IMG/VR virus record: IMGVR_UViG_3300003323_000920
Origin: a virus
Reading direction: 5' to 3' (one strand)
DNA length: 64,000 bases
Both the position numbers and the translations under genes were made by a program. Shown in pieces: positions 44,248-55,829 of this stretch. How positions within the stretch are numbered: position 1 is the stretch's first letter; every line of letters begins with the position of its first letter. The notes under the pieces were generated by a model. It was not told the origin of the DNA and made no database searches. It saw only the letters and a list, made by a program, of their open reading frames with translations.

Positions 44248-44715
44248 TTAATATTCCTCATTAGGACTTATTTCCCTAAAAATCAGCATTTTTTTCTCTT
44301 TATGAATAATCTGTTCAATCTTCATTACCTTATTCCCTTTCCTTATTACCCAATAATTTGCCGCTTTTTTTATATTCTCCTCATCAAAGCTCTCAACCAA
44401 TGCCTTTAATACAATACTATCTCCAGGAATAAGACAAGTAGTTACAGAAAGGCCGGTAAACTTGTTAAATGCAACCATAACCTTACATTCAATCTCACTA
44501 TCGTACCATTCCAGTGAATAAGCCTTATCCTGGTACCATCTCTTATTAAAGGTAATACTGGAGTCTCCCCCAAGAATCCGGGCGCTTTCCCTAACCCCTT
44601 CCTCATTTAACCCCAGTAGATATTGACTCCTCACCTGGTTACTTCCCACCAGGAACAAAACAACCATCAATAGCACTTTCATAAAAAGGAATTTACCAAA
44701 TATATCAATTTTCAA
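44248..44715 (-). CDS. exported protein (signal peptide), moron-like
   Basis: MKVLLMVVLFLVGSNQVRSQ Sec signal. Confidence 0.6.
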   Translation of the reverse strand: MKIDIFGKFLFMKVLLMVVLFLVGSNQVRSQYLLGLNEEGVRESARILGGDSSITFNKRWYQDKAYSLEWYDSEIECKVMVAFNKFTGLSVTTCLIPGDSIVLKALVESFDEENIKKAANYWVIRKGNKVMKIEQIIHKEKKMLIFREISPNEEY

Positions 44716-44792
44716 TAATACTGAACCAAAAATTTTTTGAAAAAATTAACTGGTAAATAGAATAATAGAAAATATCATTGGAAATTATTACG

Positions 44793-44800
44793 TAAATTTG
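44793..44800 (+). promoter_or_regulatory. TAAATTTG -7 element driving the plus-strand accessory array
   Basis: Consensus match just upstream of the first plus-strand ORF. Confidence 0.55.
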
Positions 44801-44816
44801 TAGGAAATAATAGGAA

Positions 44817-47800
44817 ATGCAATTAGAAGAATTACCCGAACCGGTGGGATCTTTTATAATTAAAAATTGTGGCGATTCTTTAATGTTAGCTGATGGTGCA
44901 TATTATCACTATTCGCAAGTATGTGTTCTACTTAAAAAGTATGTGGAAGAGAAACTGAAAGATATGATAAAACAACGGGATACTGCATTAGACGAAAGAG
45001 ATAATGCAAGAATCTGGGTCAAGTCCCTTCAAAAAGAACGGAATAAGGCAATTGACCATCTAAAATCGTTAAAAAATTTGATTAGTAAAGATGATGAATG
45101 GTCTGCGTTGAACCTATGCCACTATTTGAACAACGAACTTCAGGAATTTTTTAATTCAATTAAATAAAATGAAAATACCAAGATTTATAAAGAACTATAT
45201 AATGGGGAACTACGCAACGTGTCCCCAATGCGGTGAACCAACTCTTTGTCAAGTACCAAGAGGTGATAGTTGTGACAACTGTGGGTACTGGGTATATTAC
45301 CCTTAATGATTAAATAAAAAATAATATAAAATGGATAACATTAATAATGTGTATAGAACCAATGGATGGTTGATAATAGGTATCATATCACTTAGTATAT
45401 CTTCAATGATCAATGGAACTGACAACATTCAGCACAATAGAAAAATCAGAAAACAGCAACAAACAATAGAACAATTATCCAGGAAAGTTGATTCTTTAAT
45501 AATTCTTCAAAATAAAAAGTAACTGGATATGGATTCTGGAATGTTCAATGGCTTTTTTGAAGGACTGCTTACAATATTCATAGTTGGAGTTTTAACCTTT
45601 GGTACAGTTGGGTTCTTTATAGGTAAAAAGGTTGGTTATAATAAAGCCGTTAAAGAATTTGCCATGGGTAAGATTCAACTTAAAAAAGAAGTAAAAATTG
45701 ATAGCACATATAAACTAATACGAAAATGAATGGAGTTTGGACAAAAGAATGGCAACCGTTTACTGGGTATTATGAAAAACATATGGTTGATATTAAACTA
45801 AAAAATGGGGAAACAGTACTGTGTTGTTGGCCGAACGCAGGATTTATGAATCCTTGTTCTAATGAAGGAAATCCTCAAAACTATGAACACATACCTTATA
45901 AAGAGGTTACTGAGGTAAGATTAACTCATGATAAAATGTGGAATTAAATGAAACAAATGTGGTTTGCCGTTTGTGGAAACTGGGAACGAAATACCTCAAC
46001 TGGAAAGGAAACTAAGCTCCAACAAAAAATATACTCTGATTGCAGCACCCAAGAAGAAGCACTGGGTAAATATGTTCTTGAACATTCAAACGCTATTGAA
46101 GGATACAAATTATATACTTATCAGGTAACGACTTTTACTCCTTCTGAAGTTGAAGATAACATACATTATATCAGATCAATCGACCTGTTAAGGCAAATAG
46201 ATAGTATTCTAAACAGTACTCGAGTAGATATTATGGCAACTAGTCCAATTGCTGAAAATGTCAGAATATTCCTTAATTCTATTGATGCACAAAAATGAAA
46301 ACAATAATAATAAATACAGAAAACACGGAAATAACAATAGACGGTAAGAAATACATTCTTATTCCAGATGATGTCCCCGCTCCCAAAGAATCCGAACTCA
46401 AGACATTTGAAGACTGTTGGAATAAGATCAAACCTAAATGGTTTCTAAATAGTAGCAATAGAATTTGTGAAGCATCTGACCCCACATTTAATAATTTAAC
46501 TAATAATTCAGCTAACCAACTCCCAACAGAAAAATCGGCAAAGCAAATACAAGCAACAATAAAACTTCATGTAGTCAGCCACGCATTACAGGGAGAATAT
46601 GTCCATTACGGGAATCAAAAGAATTATAATTATGTGGTATTGTTGAACAATAAACGTGAACTAGATGTGATGCAAGCGTTCAATGTATACTCTCCGTTTT
46701 CATTTAAAGATGAAGAGACTGCCCGAAAATCAATCGAGATAGCAAAGGATATTTGGTTGGAATATTTTGGAGTAAAATAGATTAGAATGAAAACAAAGCT
46801 CTTAAAAAGGATCCGATCTAAATATCATTATGTGTATCGTGAAGGAATGTGGATAATATATCGACTACCCTCCTTCCCTATTGGATATTGCGAAACAACT
46901 CATAAAGCTCTCGATATTATGGCAGCTCCGATGTTGGCATTTAGTGAACTGACAAGGTGGTATCGGAAAGTATTTCATCTACATGGCACTTGGGGAAAAT
47001 TTCATATTTATTATCAAAGAAAAAGAAAATGACAGGATTAGAAAGAAAGGCATTTGATGAAATTAAATCTATTATAAATAGAATGCAAGTAAGTGTTACA
47101 ATAATGAGAAATTATGTTTCATTTCCTCAAGATAGACAGAAAGAAAAAATACTTTATTATGAAGTAATAGACACCTACGATTCCGAAAAATATAAACTTA
47201 ATAAACTATTAAAAGATTTTGAAGAATGAAACTAATACTAATCGAAAACAAAATCTATAAAGTACCTAAAAAAGTATTTGAAGCACTTCAAAAACTAAGG
47301 GAAGAAGAACAAATAGACTACAAGGCCGGATTGGTCTTGGATGAATACTGTGATTATATTAAAAATGGTGATACATACGGAGTACGGTACTTAGGAGAAG
47401 TAGAATTCCAAAAATCTGAGAAAATTCCATTTTAAATGTGGACCTACGAGAACTTACTAAAAATAGTAAACAAAAGAGAAAAAATGGAAAAGACAAATAA
47501 AAAATGTCCAAAATGTAAAAGTAATAATCTCTTTCTTACTGAAATATGGAATGGACATACGATCTCTTGGGAATGCGTAAATGGTCAACTTAACTTACCT
47601 GAAGGAAATTGTGAAGTGGGATCCCCTGTAAAAGTAGAAAGTAGATGTAAAGAATGTGGGCATTCTTGGACAATTAGAAATGTTACGCAAATCCATCAAA
47701 CACTTATTTAACATGCCAAAAGAAATAACAATAAAACTAACGTTCGACGAAACATGGGATAGTTACGAGGAGGAAAACATTGCTGATGACTTCTATGTGA

Positions 47801-50800
47801 TAGATGCTATAAGGGATCTTGCACCTGGTGTAGTGTGGCAGATTCAAAAAGAGGAGGATTGTGATGAGAAATGAATTAATAAAATTTGGAAAATGGTTAA
47901 AACATCTCGATAACGGAACTGAACACTATGATCCAGAAACAAAGCAGTTCACCGAATCTATTGGCTTTAGTCCGTGGGATTGTTTTACAGACGATATAAT
48001 GACGGTTGAAGAAATAGTGAATGCATATTTAAAACAAATTTATGAAATAAAATAAACAAAAATGAAGGAATTTAATTTAGACCGGGCATTAGCCGGAGAT
48101 CCGGTGATCACAAGAATGGGTATTGCTGTTTCACAATTCGTACTATTTAATTTGACTAAAAGCTCATTTCCACTACATGGCGTATTTGAGGATGGTGTGA
48201 ATTGCTGGACTATCCATGGTCGATATGGAATCGATGGAGATCACGACTTTGATCTTTTCATGGCCCCAGTTAAAAAGCAGGAATGGATTAATATATACAA
48301 TCATGGATTTGGTAATTATCAAACCGGGGCTTGTGTTTACACCTCTCAAGAATTGGCAATACGATCCAAGGATTTATACAATAATTATGTAACATCCGTA
48401 CTTGTAAAAGAATGGGAAGAATAAAATAAACAACAATGAATAGCTACATAGAATTAATGCTCTATCTGACAGAGCTTGGAAAGAAACAAGAAGAAAAAAA
48501 CAAGGAAAAGGAATTGGAAGAACTAGAAAAACAGAATGAAATCAGAAGGAGGTTGCACAGTGAAGTTCGTCCAGATTTCTTTATTGAAGGTTATAACGAA
48601 AACAATACTAGATAATAAATGAGCGAAATAATAACAAATAAAAGAATATCAGAATTGGCGGTTCACCTTTTTCCTTCTCAAGAGGGTAATATGGAAGATG
48701 ACATAAACGCTTCAAAGAGATTTATTTTTGAACTTGGTGCTCTTCAGGGTGCGCAAGATGTTGTTGATAGAATCCATTCGGCGCTTAAAGGATTAGGTTT
48801 AGAGAAACACAGTATAGCTCTAAACGTGTTAAAGATAGCAGCTATCGAACTTCCTAAAAGTTAGAAATGAAAAAAGAGAATAAATACAATTCTGATACTT
48901 ACGAACCCAATGGAGAATTAATTCCAACTGTTATTGTAGCATTCCAGGTATGGCCGGATATGTGGATGACACTTGAGGAATATAATAGTAGGGGTAAATT
49001 CAAAGGATTGCTCAAAGATTTTAGATTTTCAATTAGAAATGTTCATCGGATTTATAAACTTTTAAAACACCCCTCCAGCTATCCAACGGCTGATTGGGAA
49101 CCATAAATAAAATGAAAACGACAAAACCAAAACCAGTTAAACAAATATATTCCCAAACTTATCACAAGGGTAAAAATATATTAGATATAGAACTCCTAAA
49201 GAGTTTTATTGAAAGAAATCTAGTAGAAGGATACATAATAAAAGATGGGAAGCTTAGTGATGGTAATTCCTTCGCGGAAATCCACTTGACAATAAATGAA
49301 GAGAAGAAAAAAAAATTTAAATGATGAAAGTAGGTAGTTTGGTAGAATGTCGTGTTGGCGGAGAATGGTATTGTAAGTACACAGATGAAGTTGTACCTGG
49401 TCCAGATAAAGACGAAATAACTGAAATTGCGGGATTTGATAAAGATGGGGATCTAATTTTTTATGAATATCCTCTTGTAACTATAAAAGGAACATTAAGA
49501 TCTTATCCTAAAAATTGCTTTAGGGAGTTACTTCCGCCAACTGAAATTAAATCGTTACTTCAACAAAAAGAAAATGTATGAACATAACAATAACAGAAGA
49601 ACAGGCTCGTAACATCAGGCACTGGAGGAAAAATGAAGAATGTACATTTGGCCGGGTTGCCGAATTAGTGTGGGAATATTTCCCAGAATTACATAATGAA
49701 ATGAAACAGAAAGGAAGTATAGTTGGGCGGGAATTATGTGAATTAGCTATGAATTTTTATGATGAAGAAATAGAGGACGGTTGGAATTAAAATAAATCGA
49801 TATGAACAGATTACCAAAACCAGAAAACAGATCAATATTTCACAAGGCAATGTTTAATAGACATAGTCATGCCGAAGAAGTATATGAATTCAATCCAAAT
49901 GAAATAATATATCGAGAAAAGGATGTACTAGAATTAATGAGATTGGTTAAATGTGAGGTATTGGATTGGGCGGCAGAAAATGCAGTTATTGAAATGGTTC
50001 AAATACCATACACCGGTGAACGATCCGGTGATCCTAAAACTGCCTGGTATCCATCATATCAAGTAAGTAAAAAATCAATATTGAAAGGTAAAACAAATAA
50101 AGATCTAAAAATATGAAAATAGAAATCCAATTAAAAGAGACATCTAAAATTATAACTCATTACAATGTAATCAATGCATATACAAAAGGGTCATTTTATT
50201 GTGTATATGAAGAAGGGGAAATAGTATATAAATACCCATTAAATAATATTTGGAGAGTAAGAGAAGATTATTAAAAATTAAATGATATGAAAACAAAAAA
50301 TAAGCCTGAAGAATATAATTTCCCAAGATGGCATAAGGAAGGAGGTTATTATCATTATCAACTCAATCGTCCATATAAAATGTATGGTGGGGCTATAACA
50401 AGATGCTGGGAGGATGAAGAAGGTCAATTCTGGGTTGATAATGGAGAGTATTGTAGTCAAGTGAATTACTGTCCCTATACAGGAACTAAAGCACCTAAAC
50501 AAATTGAAATATGAGAAGACCAAATTTAGATATAAAATTGTTTTCAGAAGTGATGCAAGCCGTAGATCACTATAATTCTCTACCCAATCATTTCACTCAA
50601 TTAGATCAATCTCAAACAGAAACACTAAGGGCTTTCTGGGATAAGTTATATGGAGGTAGCTGGGAAAGAATGAATGCGGATTATGAAAGATGGAAATCTC
50701 CCAATATACATATTGTACATCAAACGTGGGGAAGTACTACATGTGGTTGGGGAGGAATGGGTGGAGCTGCTATGACTAGTGCATATACTGTAATTATTGA

Positions 50801-50978
50801 AAATAAATGGGCAGGATTTATAGCTGTTTATTGGGATGGTAAGCTGGCATACATAGCAGAATTAGATGAAAAATTAGATAAATACCGTGCGGCCGGTTTT
50901 GAATATTTACCAGGTCTTAGTGAGGCCAGAACAGAATTAACAATAGTTTATTATCACATTACATGGAAGAAAAAATGA
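44817..50978 (+). other. plus-strand array of about 24 small hypothetical ORFs
   Basis: Abutting co-oriented ORFs, several with Zn ribbons (47436-47711 CPKC...CKEC) or TM segments. Confidence 0.6.
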
Positions 50979-51385
50979 TTTTAGCAGTAATAGGATCTAG
51001 GACATTTAAAAATAAAAAAGTCATTTATCAGGCAATAGATGAAATACGTGAGAAGTATAATATTACAGCTATAGTATCCGGTGTTTCCAAAGATGATACC
51101 AATGACACTGGGCCTGATACATATGGGCGAGACTATGCCTTAGATAATAATTTAGAATACATTGGATTCCCTGCGGATTGGGATAATATGGATCCACCCT
51201 GCGTAATTAAGTATACAAAGTTTAACAAACCATATAATGCACTTGCAGGATTTAACCGCAATACAAATATTGCAGAAACCGGATTTTTAGGATATGCTAA
51301 ATGGGATGGTAAAAGTAAAGGAACTAAAGATACAATAGATAAAATGACAGCATTGGGTAAAGAAGTAATAATTGATCTTTATTAA
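50963..51385 (+). CDS. SLOG-superfamily (YspA/DUF2493-like) protein
   Basis: LAVIGSRTF, IVSG, GPDTYG..YA, FPADWD, AGFNRN, WDGKSKGT. Confidence 0.8.
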   Translation: MEEKMILAVIGSRTFKNKKVIYQAIDEIREKYNITAIVSGVSKDDTNDTGPDTYGRDYALDNNLEYIGFPADWDNMDPPCVIKYTKFNKPYNALAGFNRNTNIAETGFLGYAKWDGKSKGTKDTIDKMTALGKEVIIDLY

Positions 51386-51618
51386 TGGAAGAAAAGAAAT
51401 ATTATATCCGCGATATAGAAACTGGATGGCCTACTGAAGTCAGTAAAGAACAATGGGAACTTTATCAGCAACTATTGGAATGCTACCGACCCAAATTATC
51501 TGATAATTTCAAAGGTAAAGTAATAATATTCGGAACAGGTGGTGATTTAGAAGGAGGAGATAACTTTAAACAATTATTTTATAATAATGACTTTAGAACA
51601 GGTAACGATTCAATTTAA
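51385..51618 (+). CDS. small ORF containing a TerL ATPase-domain fragment
   Basis: KVIIFGTGGDLEGGDNFKQLFYN aligns with TerL IPVLVGTGGSFEKGNDAKRFFEN. Confidence 0.6.
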   Translation: MEEKKYYIRDIETGWPTEVSKEQWELYQQLLECYRPKLSDNFKGKVIIFGTGGDLEGGDNFKQLFYNNDFRTGNDSI

Positions 51619-51832
51619 GATAGCAGAGGCTGAGGAGAAGAAAGCTAAGATAAAAATTGATCAAGACAAAATATTAATTGAAAAAATAGAAGCCTTACGT
51701 TACCTTCTGGCAGAAACAGTAGCAGATCCTCAAACAACAGTGGGTTCAGAAACAAGATATAAGCCAGTATTAGATGAAGGGGAAATGGAAATGGTAAAAG
51801 ACAAAATATTCGATTTAATAAAATTGTTATAA
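51587..51832 (+). CDS. hypothetical protein
   Basis: Coupled ORF. Confidence 0.5.
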   Translation: MTLEQVTIQFKIAEAEEKKAKIKIDQDKILIEKIEALRYLLAETVADPQTTVGSETRYKPVLDEGEMEMVKDKIFDLIKLL

Positions 51833-51834
51833 AA

Positions 51835-52107
51835 ATGAAGTTTAGAAAAAAACCAATAATTATTGAGGCTGTTCGGTGGGATGGAACACCGCACGCATGG
51901 AATAATATTATTGATTTGGGATGTTCCCCGACACAAGATGAAACTTGCAAAGAATATGAAATTATTATCCCTACCCTGGAAGATGGTTCATCAAACCAAG
52001 TAAAGCATATCGCTTCCAAAGGGGATTATATTATCAAAGGTATAAAAGGAGAATTTTACCCCTGTAAGCCTGAAATTTTTGAAGAAACTTATGAACTTGT
52101 AATTTAA
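51835..52107 (+). CDS. conserved phage protein (RKKP.xIEA...GDYIIKG..GEFYPCKP family)
   Basis: Recognisable motif set. Confidence 0.75.
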   Translation: MKFRKKPIIIEAVRWDGTPHAWNNIIDLGCSPTQDETCKEYEIIIPTLEDGSSNQVKHIASKGDYIIKGIKGEFYPCKPEIFEETYELVI

Positions 52108-52112
52108 GTAAA

Positions 52113-52379
52113 ATGACAAAGAGAGAATTAATAAACCAATTAGAAAATATTCCTGTATCAGACAATACTCTTATTGTTCTACAAAAAGATGCTGAAGGTA
52201 ATGGGTATAGTCCATTATCAGGATGTGAGAGGGCTATTTACATAGCCGAAGAAACTTGGTGGGGAGAGGTTTATAATCCTGATTGGTCATCAGAAGATGC
52301 TGGCCTAGAGGAAGATGAGTGGGAACAACTTAAAACTGAAAAAGACAAACAATGTATAGTATTATGGCCGGTTCATTAA
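52113..52379 (+). CDS. conserved hypothetical phage protein
   Basis: VLQKDAEGNGYSPL...VLWP. Confidence 0.6.
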   Translation: MTKRELINQLENIPVSDNTLIVLQKDAEGNGYSPLSGCERAIYIAEETWWGEVYNPDWSSEDAGLEEDEWEQLKTEKDKQCIVLWPVH

Positions 52380-52380
52380 T

Positions 52381-52548
52381 ATGTGCAACAAAGTAAAACA
52401 CAAGACTACTTACGGAGCAGCAAAACATGCAGATGCATTACGTAATAAGAAGAAATTCAAAAATAGACAGATAGGTATTTACTGGTGTTCTTCATGTGAA
52501 GATTATCATATCACCACTCATCCAGGTAAAGGATGTATAATAATATGA
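52381..52548 (+). CDS. small Zn-finger-like protein (55 aa, not in ORF track)
   Basis: MCNKVKH...IYWCSSCEDYHITT; stop overlaps the next ATG (ATGA). Confidence 0.55.
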   Translation: MCNKVKHKTTYGAAKHADALRNKKKFKNRQIGIYWCSSCEDYHITTHPGKGCIII

Positions 52549-52883
52549 ACAGAAAGAATGATTGCATTGCCTGCCGATTTAAAAGGGATGGGGTTAAAAC
52601 CAGAAGGGCTTTAGTACATACATGTGGTAAATATATAAAGGAATTGCCGCCGGTAAACCCAAATAAGGAATACTACGTAAGTTGTGATCTGTATGATAAT
52701 ACTTACGGGCCTGGGGCAATACTGGTTATGAGTAAAAGTGAAGATGGTAAAACCTTAAAGGTTGAATACTCTACAAACACCACCGTTAAGGATTTTAAAA
52801 GAGAGGTGTTAAGAATAGCTCAATATTATAATGCAGTACCAATATATGATGAAGTTACAGAGAGATCGATGAATAATAGTTAA
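52533..52883 (+). CDS. Zn-module fused to a TerL nuclease-domain fragment (likely start 52545)
   Basis: ELPPVNPNKEYYVSCDLY...GAILV...EVLRIAQYYNA aligns with TerL residues ~433-517. Confidence 0.65.
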   Translation: MYNNMNRKNDCIACRFKRDGVKTRRALVHTCGKYIKELPPVNPNKEYYVSCDLYDNTYGPGAILVMSKSEDGKTLKVEYSTNTTVKDFKREVLRIAQYYNAVPIYDEVTERSMNNS

Positions 52884-52916
52884 AAGAAAACCCCGCAATT
52901 AGCGGGGTTATTTTAT
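52883..52916. terminator. bidirectional terminator between convergent arrays
   Basis: aaaaccccgc-aatta-gcggggttatttt with A- and T-tracts on both sides. Confidence 0.85.
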
Positions 52917-55129
52917 TCTTAACATTTTACATATCCATCGAAAGTCGTTAATATCTTGACATTGACCCCGATAAACCCGATCTGCAAAATTACTATCCCA
53001 TATCTCCAAAATACTATTCGGTCTATATTCAGCCACTGTATAAGTAGCTTTATAAATCGTTCCATCATTAGCATTAAATATTCCAGAGAAGGTCCAATTT
53101 TCTCCTAGCCCTTTAATGGATTCCCTTACTTGATACCATCCCGGCTCCTTTATCAAATCGTCAATTGAAAACAGGGAAACTCTGAATTGAGCATACCCAT
53201 CATCTAATGCAATAATAGCCTCTTCTAAATCATGAAGATATGTACCATCCTCATCTTTCAATTGGATAACTTCCTTATCAAAAATTTCCACATAACCTCT
53301 AGCCCAATTAACTTCTCCTTCCCAACCTATCCTCAAATCTTCTATATCAGGGTAATAATATTTATCAACTTCCCACGTTTTCATATACTCTTTATAGTAC
53401 TCTTTGTTTACCTCAGTTTTCTTACCTGTCCGCTGATTGCAGATGTAGTATTTATTCTCCATTTTTCCATTTTAAATATGACCGAATAAAAACATACATG
53501 TTAACTCCTCTTTCATTTGTCTTTTCTACAAATGTATCAAGTAACTCCGGAGCATTATCTGATATGTCCTCATATAAGTCATGTAAGAAATAAATGTTAC
53601 GACGTACTTTAGCATTAAATGGAGAACTCCAATACTGGCTTTGATACATATAAGGCTCACCTCCATATCCTGCATCGGGTCCATAATCCAATTCATCGTA
53701 TTCTACAATCCTATACCAATTTTTATAATTGCTATTTTCATTACTAGGGTCTTCCCTTACTCCGAATGTTCTTTCTCCGAATTCTCCACACCCGGCCCAA
53801 TATTCTGTAAATCCTAGTTTATCCAGAACACCGGATGTGATAAGTAATTCTGTAAAAGGGAAAGGATATATAAGTGTTTTATTTTCCATTTAATCTCATT
53901 ATTAATTTTGAAAGATCTGCAAATTCATAATAGTCCATCCAAATACTCACTTCCACACTATCTTCCTCATTATACTTTACAAGATTTATAATGGAAGAAG
54001 TACTATGATGGAAGAAATCCCAAGTTCCCTTCTCCGATTCCGCATTTACCAAATTATGCCAGATTTCATTGTCCATTGTCGATTTCTTTAACTGTTAAAA
54101 CACTGAGAGGTAATTTTCCCATCTCAGTATGGCAAAAAATAATTGATCCTATTATTTCATCAGATAATCCTTCTTTCCTACAAGTATCTACAAATAATTT
54201 TGCCCCATCTTCTCCTGTTTGAGCAATAATATTTCTCTGACCAGGCATTGCGATTTTTTCTTCACTATCACCTATCTCATAGCAATAACCTGGAAGTATT
54301 TTATCTTTTAATTCGTCTTCGCTCATTTCTATTTATTTACAATGGGATCATCACCCTCAATACCCCATTTAGTTACTATTAAGAAACCATCTTTTACATA
54401 GTGAAGAACTATTGGATCGGGTATTTCTTTATATGCAAATACTCCGTTCAATTTATATCCTTCCATATGCATTTCAGATTTCGGAGCACAAATGAAAAAT
54501 GGTATTTTTACTCTATGTCTATTATTATAGATACTAAATTCTCGATTTACACGTTTTTCTTGTTCAACCTCTATATAACTCTCTACATGTGCGTTTTCGC
54601 TTAATGCAGCATTTGGATCTACATACCAACTACTGCTAGAAGAATATATATAATATCTATCATCATCACTCACTTTAAATGTTTCCATTTCCTTTAAGTT
54701 CTTTAAAGGTATGTCACCTTTATACATACCAGCCATACCACATATTAGTCCATACTTTTCGCATATTTGTTTTATTTGATCTAAAAATATGAATTTATAT
54801 TGGGGATATTTCTCTTTGTATTTATTAACAATATTAGCCTTCTTTTTAGCTGCATTATCTATTTCAATCCGTTTCTCCAATTCTCTTACTTGAGCAGTGT
54901 GAGTAAATCCTAATTTTTGCATCAATTGGGCCTTCTCCTTTTTGGTTTCTTCTATCCCTTTCTGACTTAAAATAAATAAAGCCTCATTGAGAGCACGATC
55001 CGCTGCACTATCAAACTCATTGTGAATCTTCTCAATCACATTAGATGTTTTTGCTTCCTGTGGAACAGTTCCGTCTGTTACGTTTTCTACAATTTTATTT
55101 TTTAGTTTTTTTAAGAAGTTAAATTTCAT
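52908..55129 (-). other. hypothetical ORFs (52908-53462, 53452-53889, 53879-54076, 54066-54326, 54329-55129)
   Basis: Co-oriented coupled ORFs; 54329-55129 has a recognisable phage family pattern (ICEKYGL...DPIVL...LIVTKWG). Confidence 0.6.
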
Positions 55130-55829
55130 ATACTTTTTCTATTAAATCAATTTGATTGTTATCATTTAATGTTATTAACCAGGGATTATTTATAGGACTA
55201 TAATCCTCATCGCAAATAGCACCGTTTAAATACGCTGTGCTGCTCCAATCGTGTATACCATATCCGAAATGAATATGACCTGATAAATGCAGCATTGGAG
55301 AAACCTCATTTATTCTTTTTCTTAAATCCTCACACCCCACTCTTTGCCCATTCATTAAATCATCTAATACTCCATGTACTGGCCCATGAGTAACCACAAT
55401 ATCTACTTTATCGGGGATATTTTTCCATACTTCATTAATCTCCTCTCCCCTATCCTTATTAAAGGCCCAAAACTCTTTTCCGAATGATGGGGTAACTGGA
55501 GAACCCCAAATAGTTAATCCTTCAATTTCACAACTACTATTTTCTAAATAATAATTCGTTCCACAATTCTTAAATTCCTCTAACGCCTCAACTAACCATT
55601 CAGGTTTCTCTCCAGTTGGGTTTTTCTCAGGATCAAATGATCTGTCATGATTTCCTGCAATAAAAACTCTATAGGTTGCCAGTTGTCTTTTAAACCATTT
55701 CAAAAATCGCTCAACCTCTCTCCTTTCGCCTACTCCCGAAATATCTCCTCCACATATTAAAAGGTCACAGGGGGGAATTTTTACTTGGTCATGGAAATTA
55801 TGAGTATCTGAAAAATATATTATTCTCAT
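55119..55829 (-). CDS. calcineurin-like metallophosphoesterase
   Basis: SDTH, ICGGD, IAGNHD, VTHGP, GHIH. Confidence 0.92.
   Translation of the reverse strand: MRIIYFSDTHNFHDQVKIPPCDLLICGGDISGVGERREVERFLKWFKRQLATYRVFIAGNHDRSFDPEKNPTGEKPEWLVEALEEFKNCGTNYYLENSSCEIEGLTIWGSPVTPSFGKEFWAFNKDRGEEINEVWKNIPDKVDIVVTHGPVHGVLDDLMNGQRVGCEDLRKRINEVSPMLHLSGHIHFGYGIHDWSSTAYLNGAICDEDYSPINNPWLITLNDNNQIDLIEKVYEI

Noticed and set aside
49094-49324. further capsid-like fragment (YHKGKNILDIELLKSFI)
   Set aside because: The resemblance to a recalled MCP segment is too short and weak to report on its own; include it in the profile search
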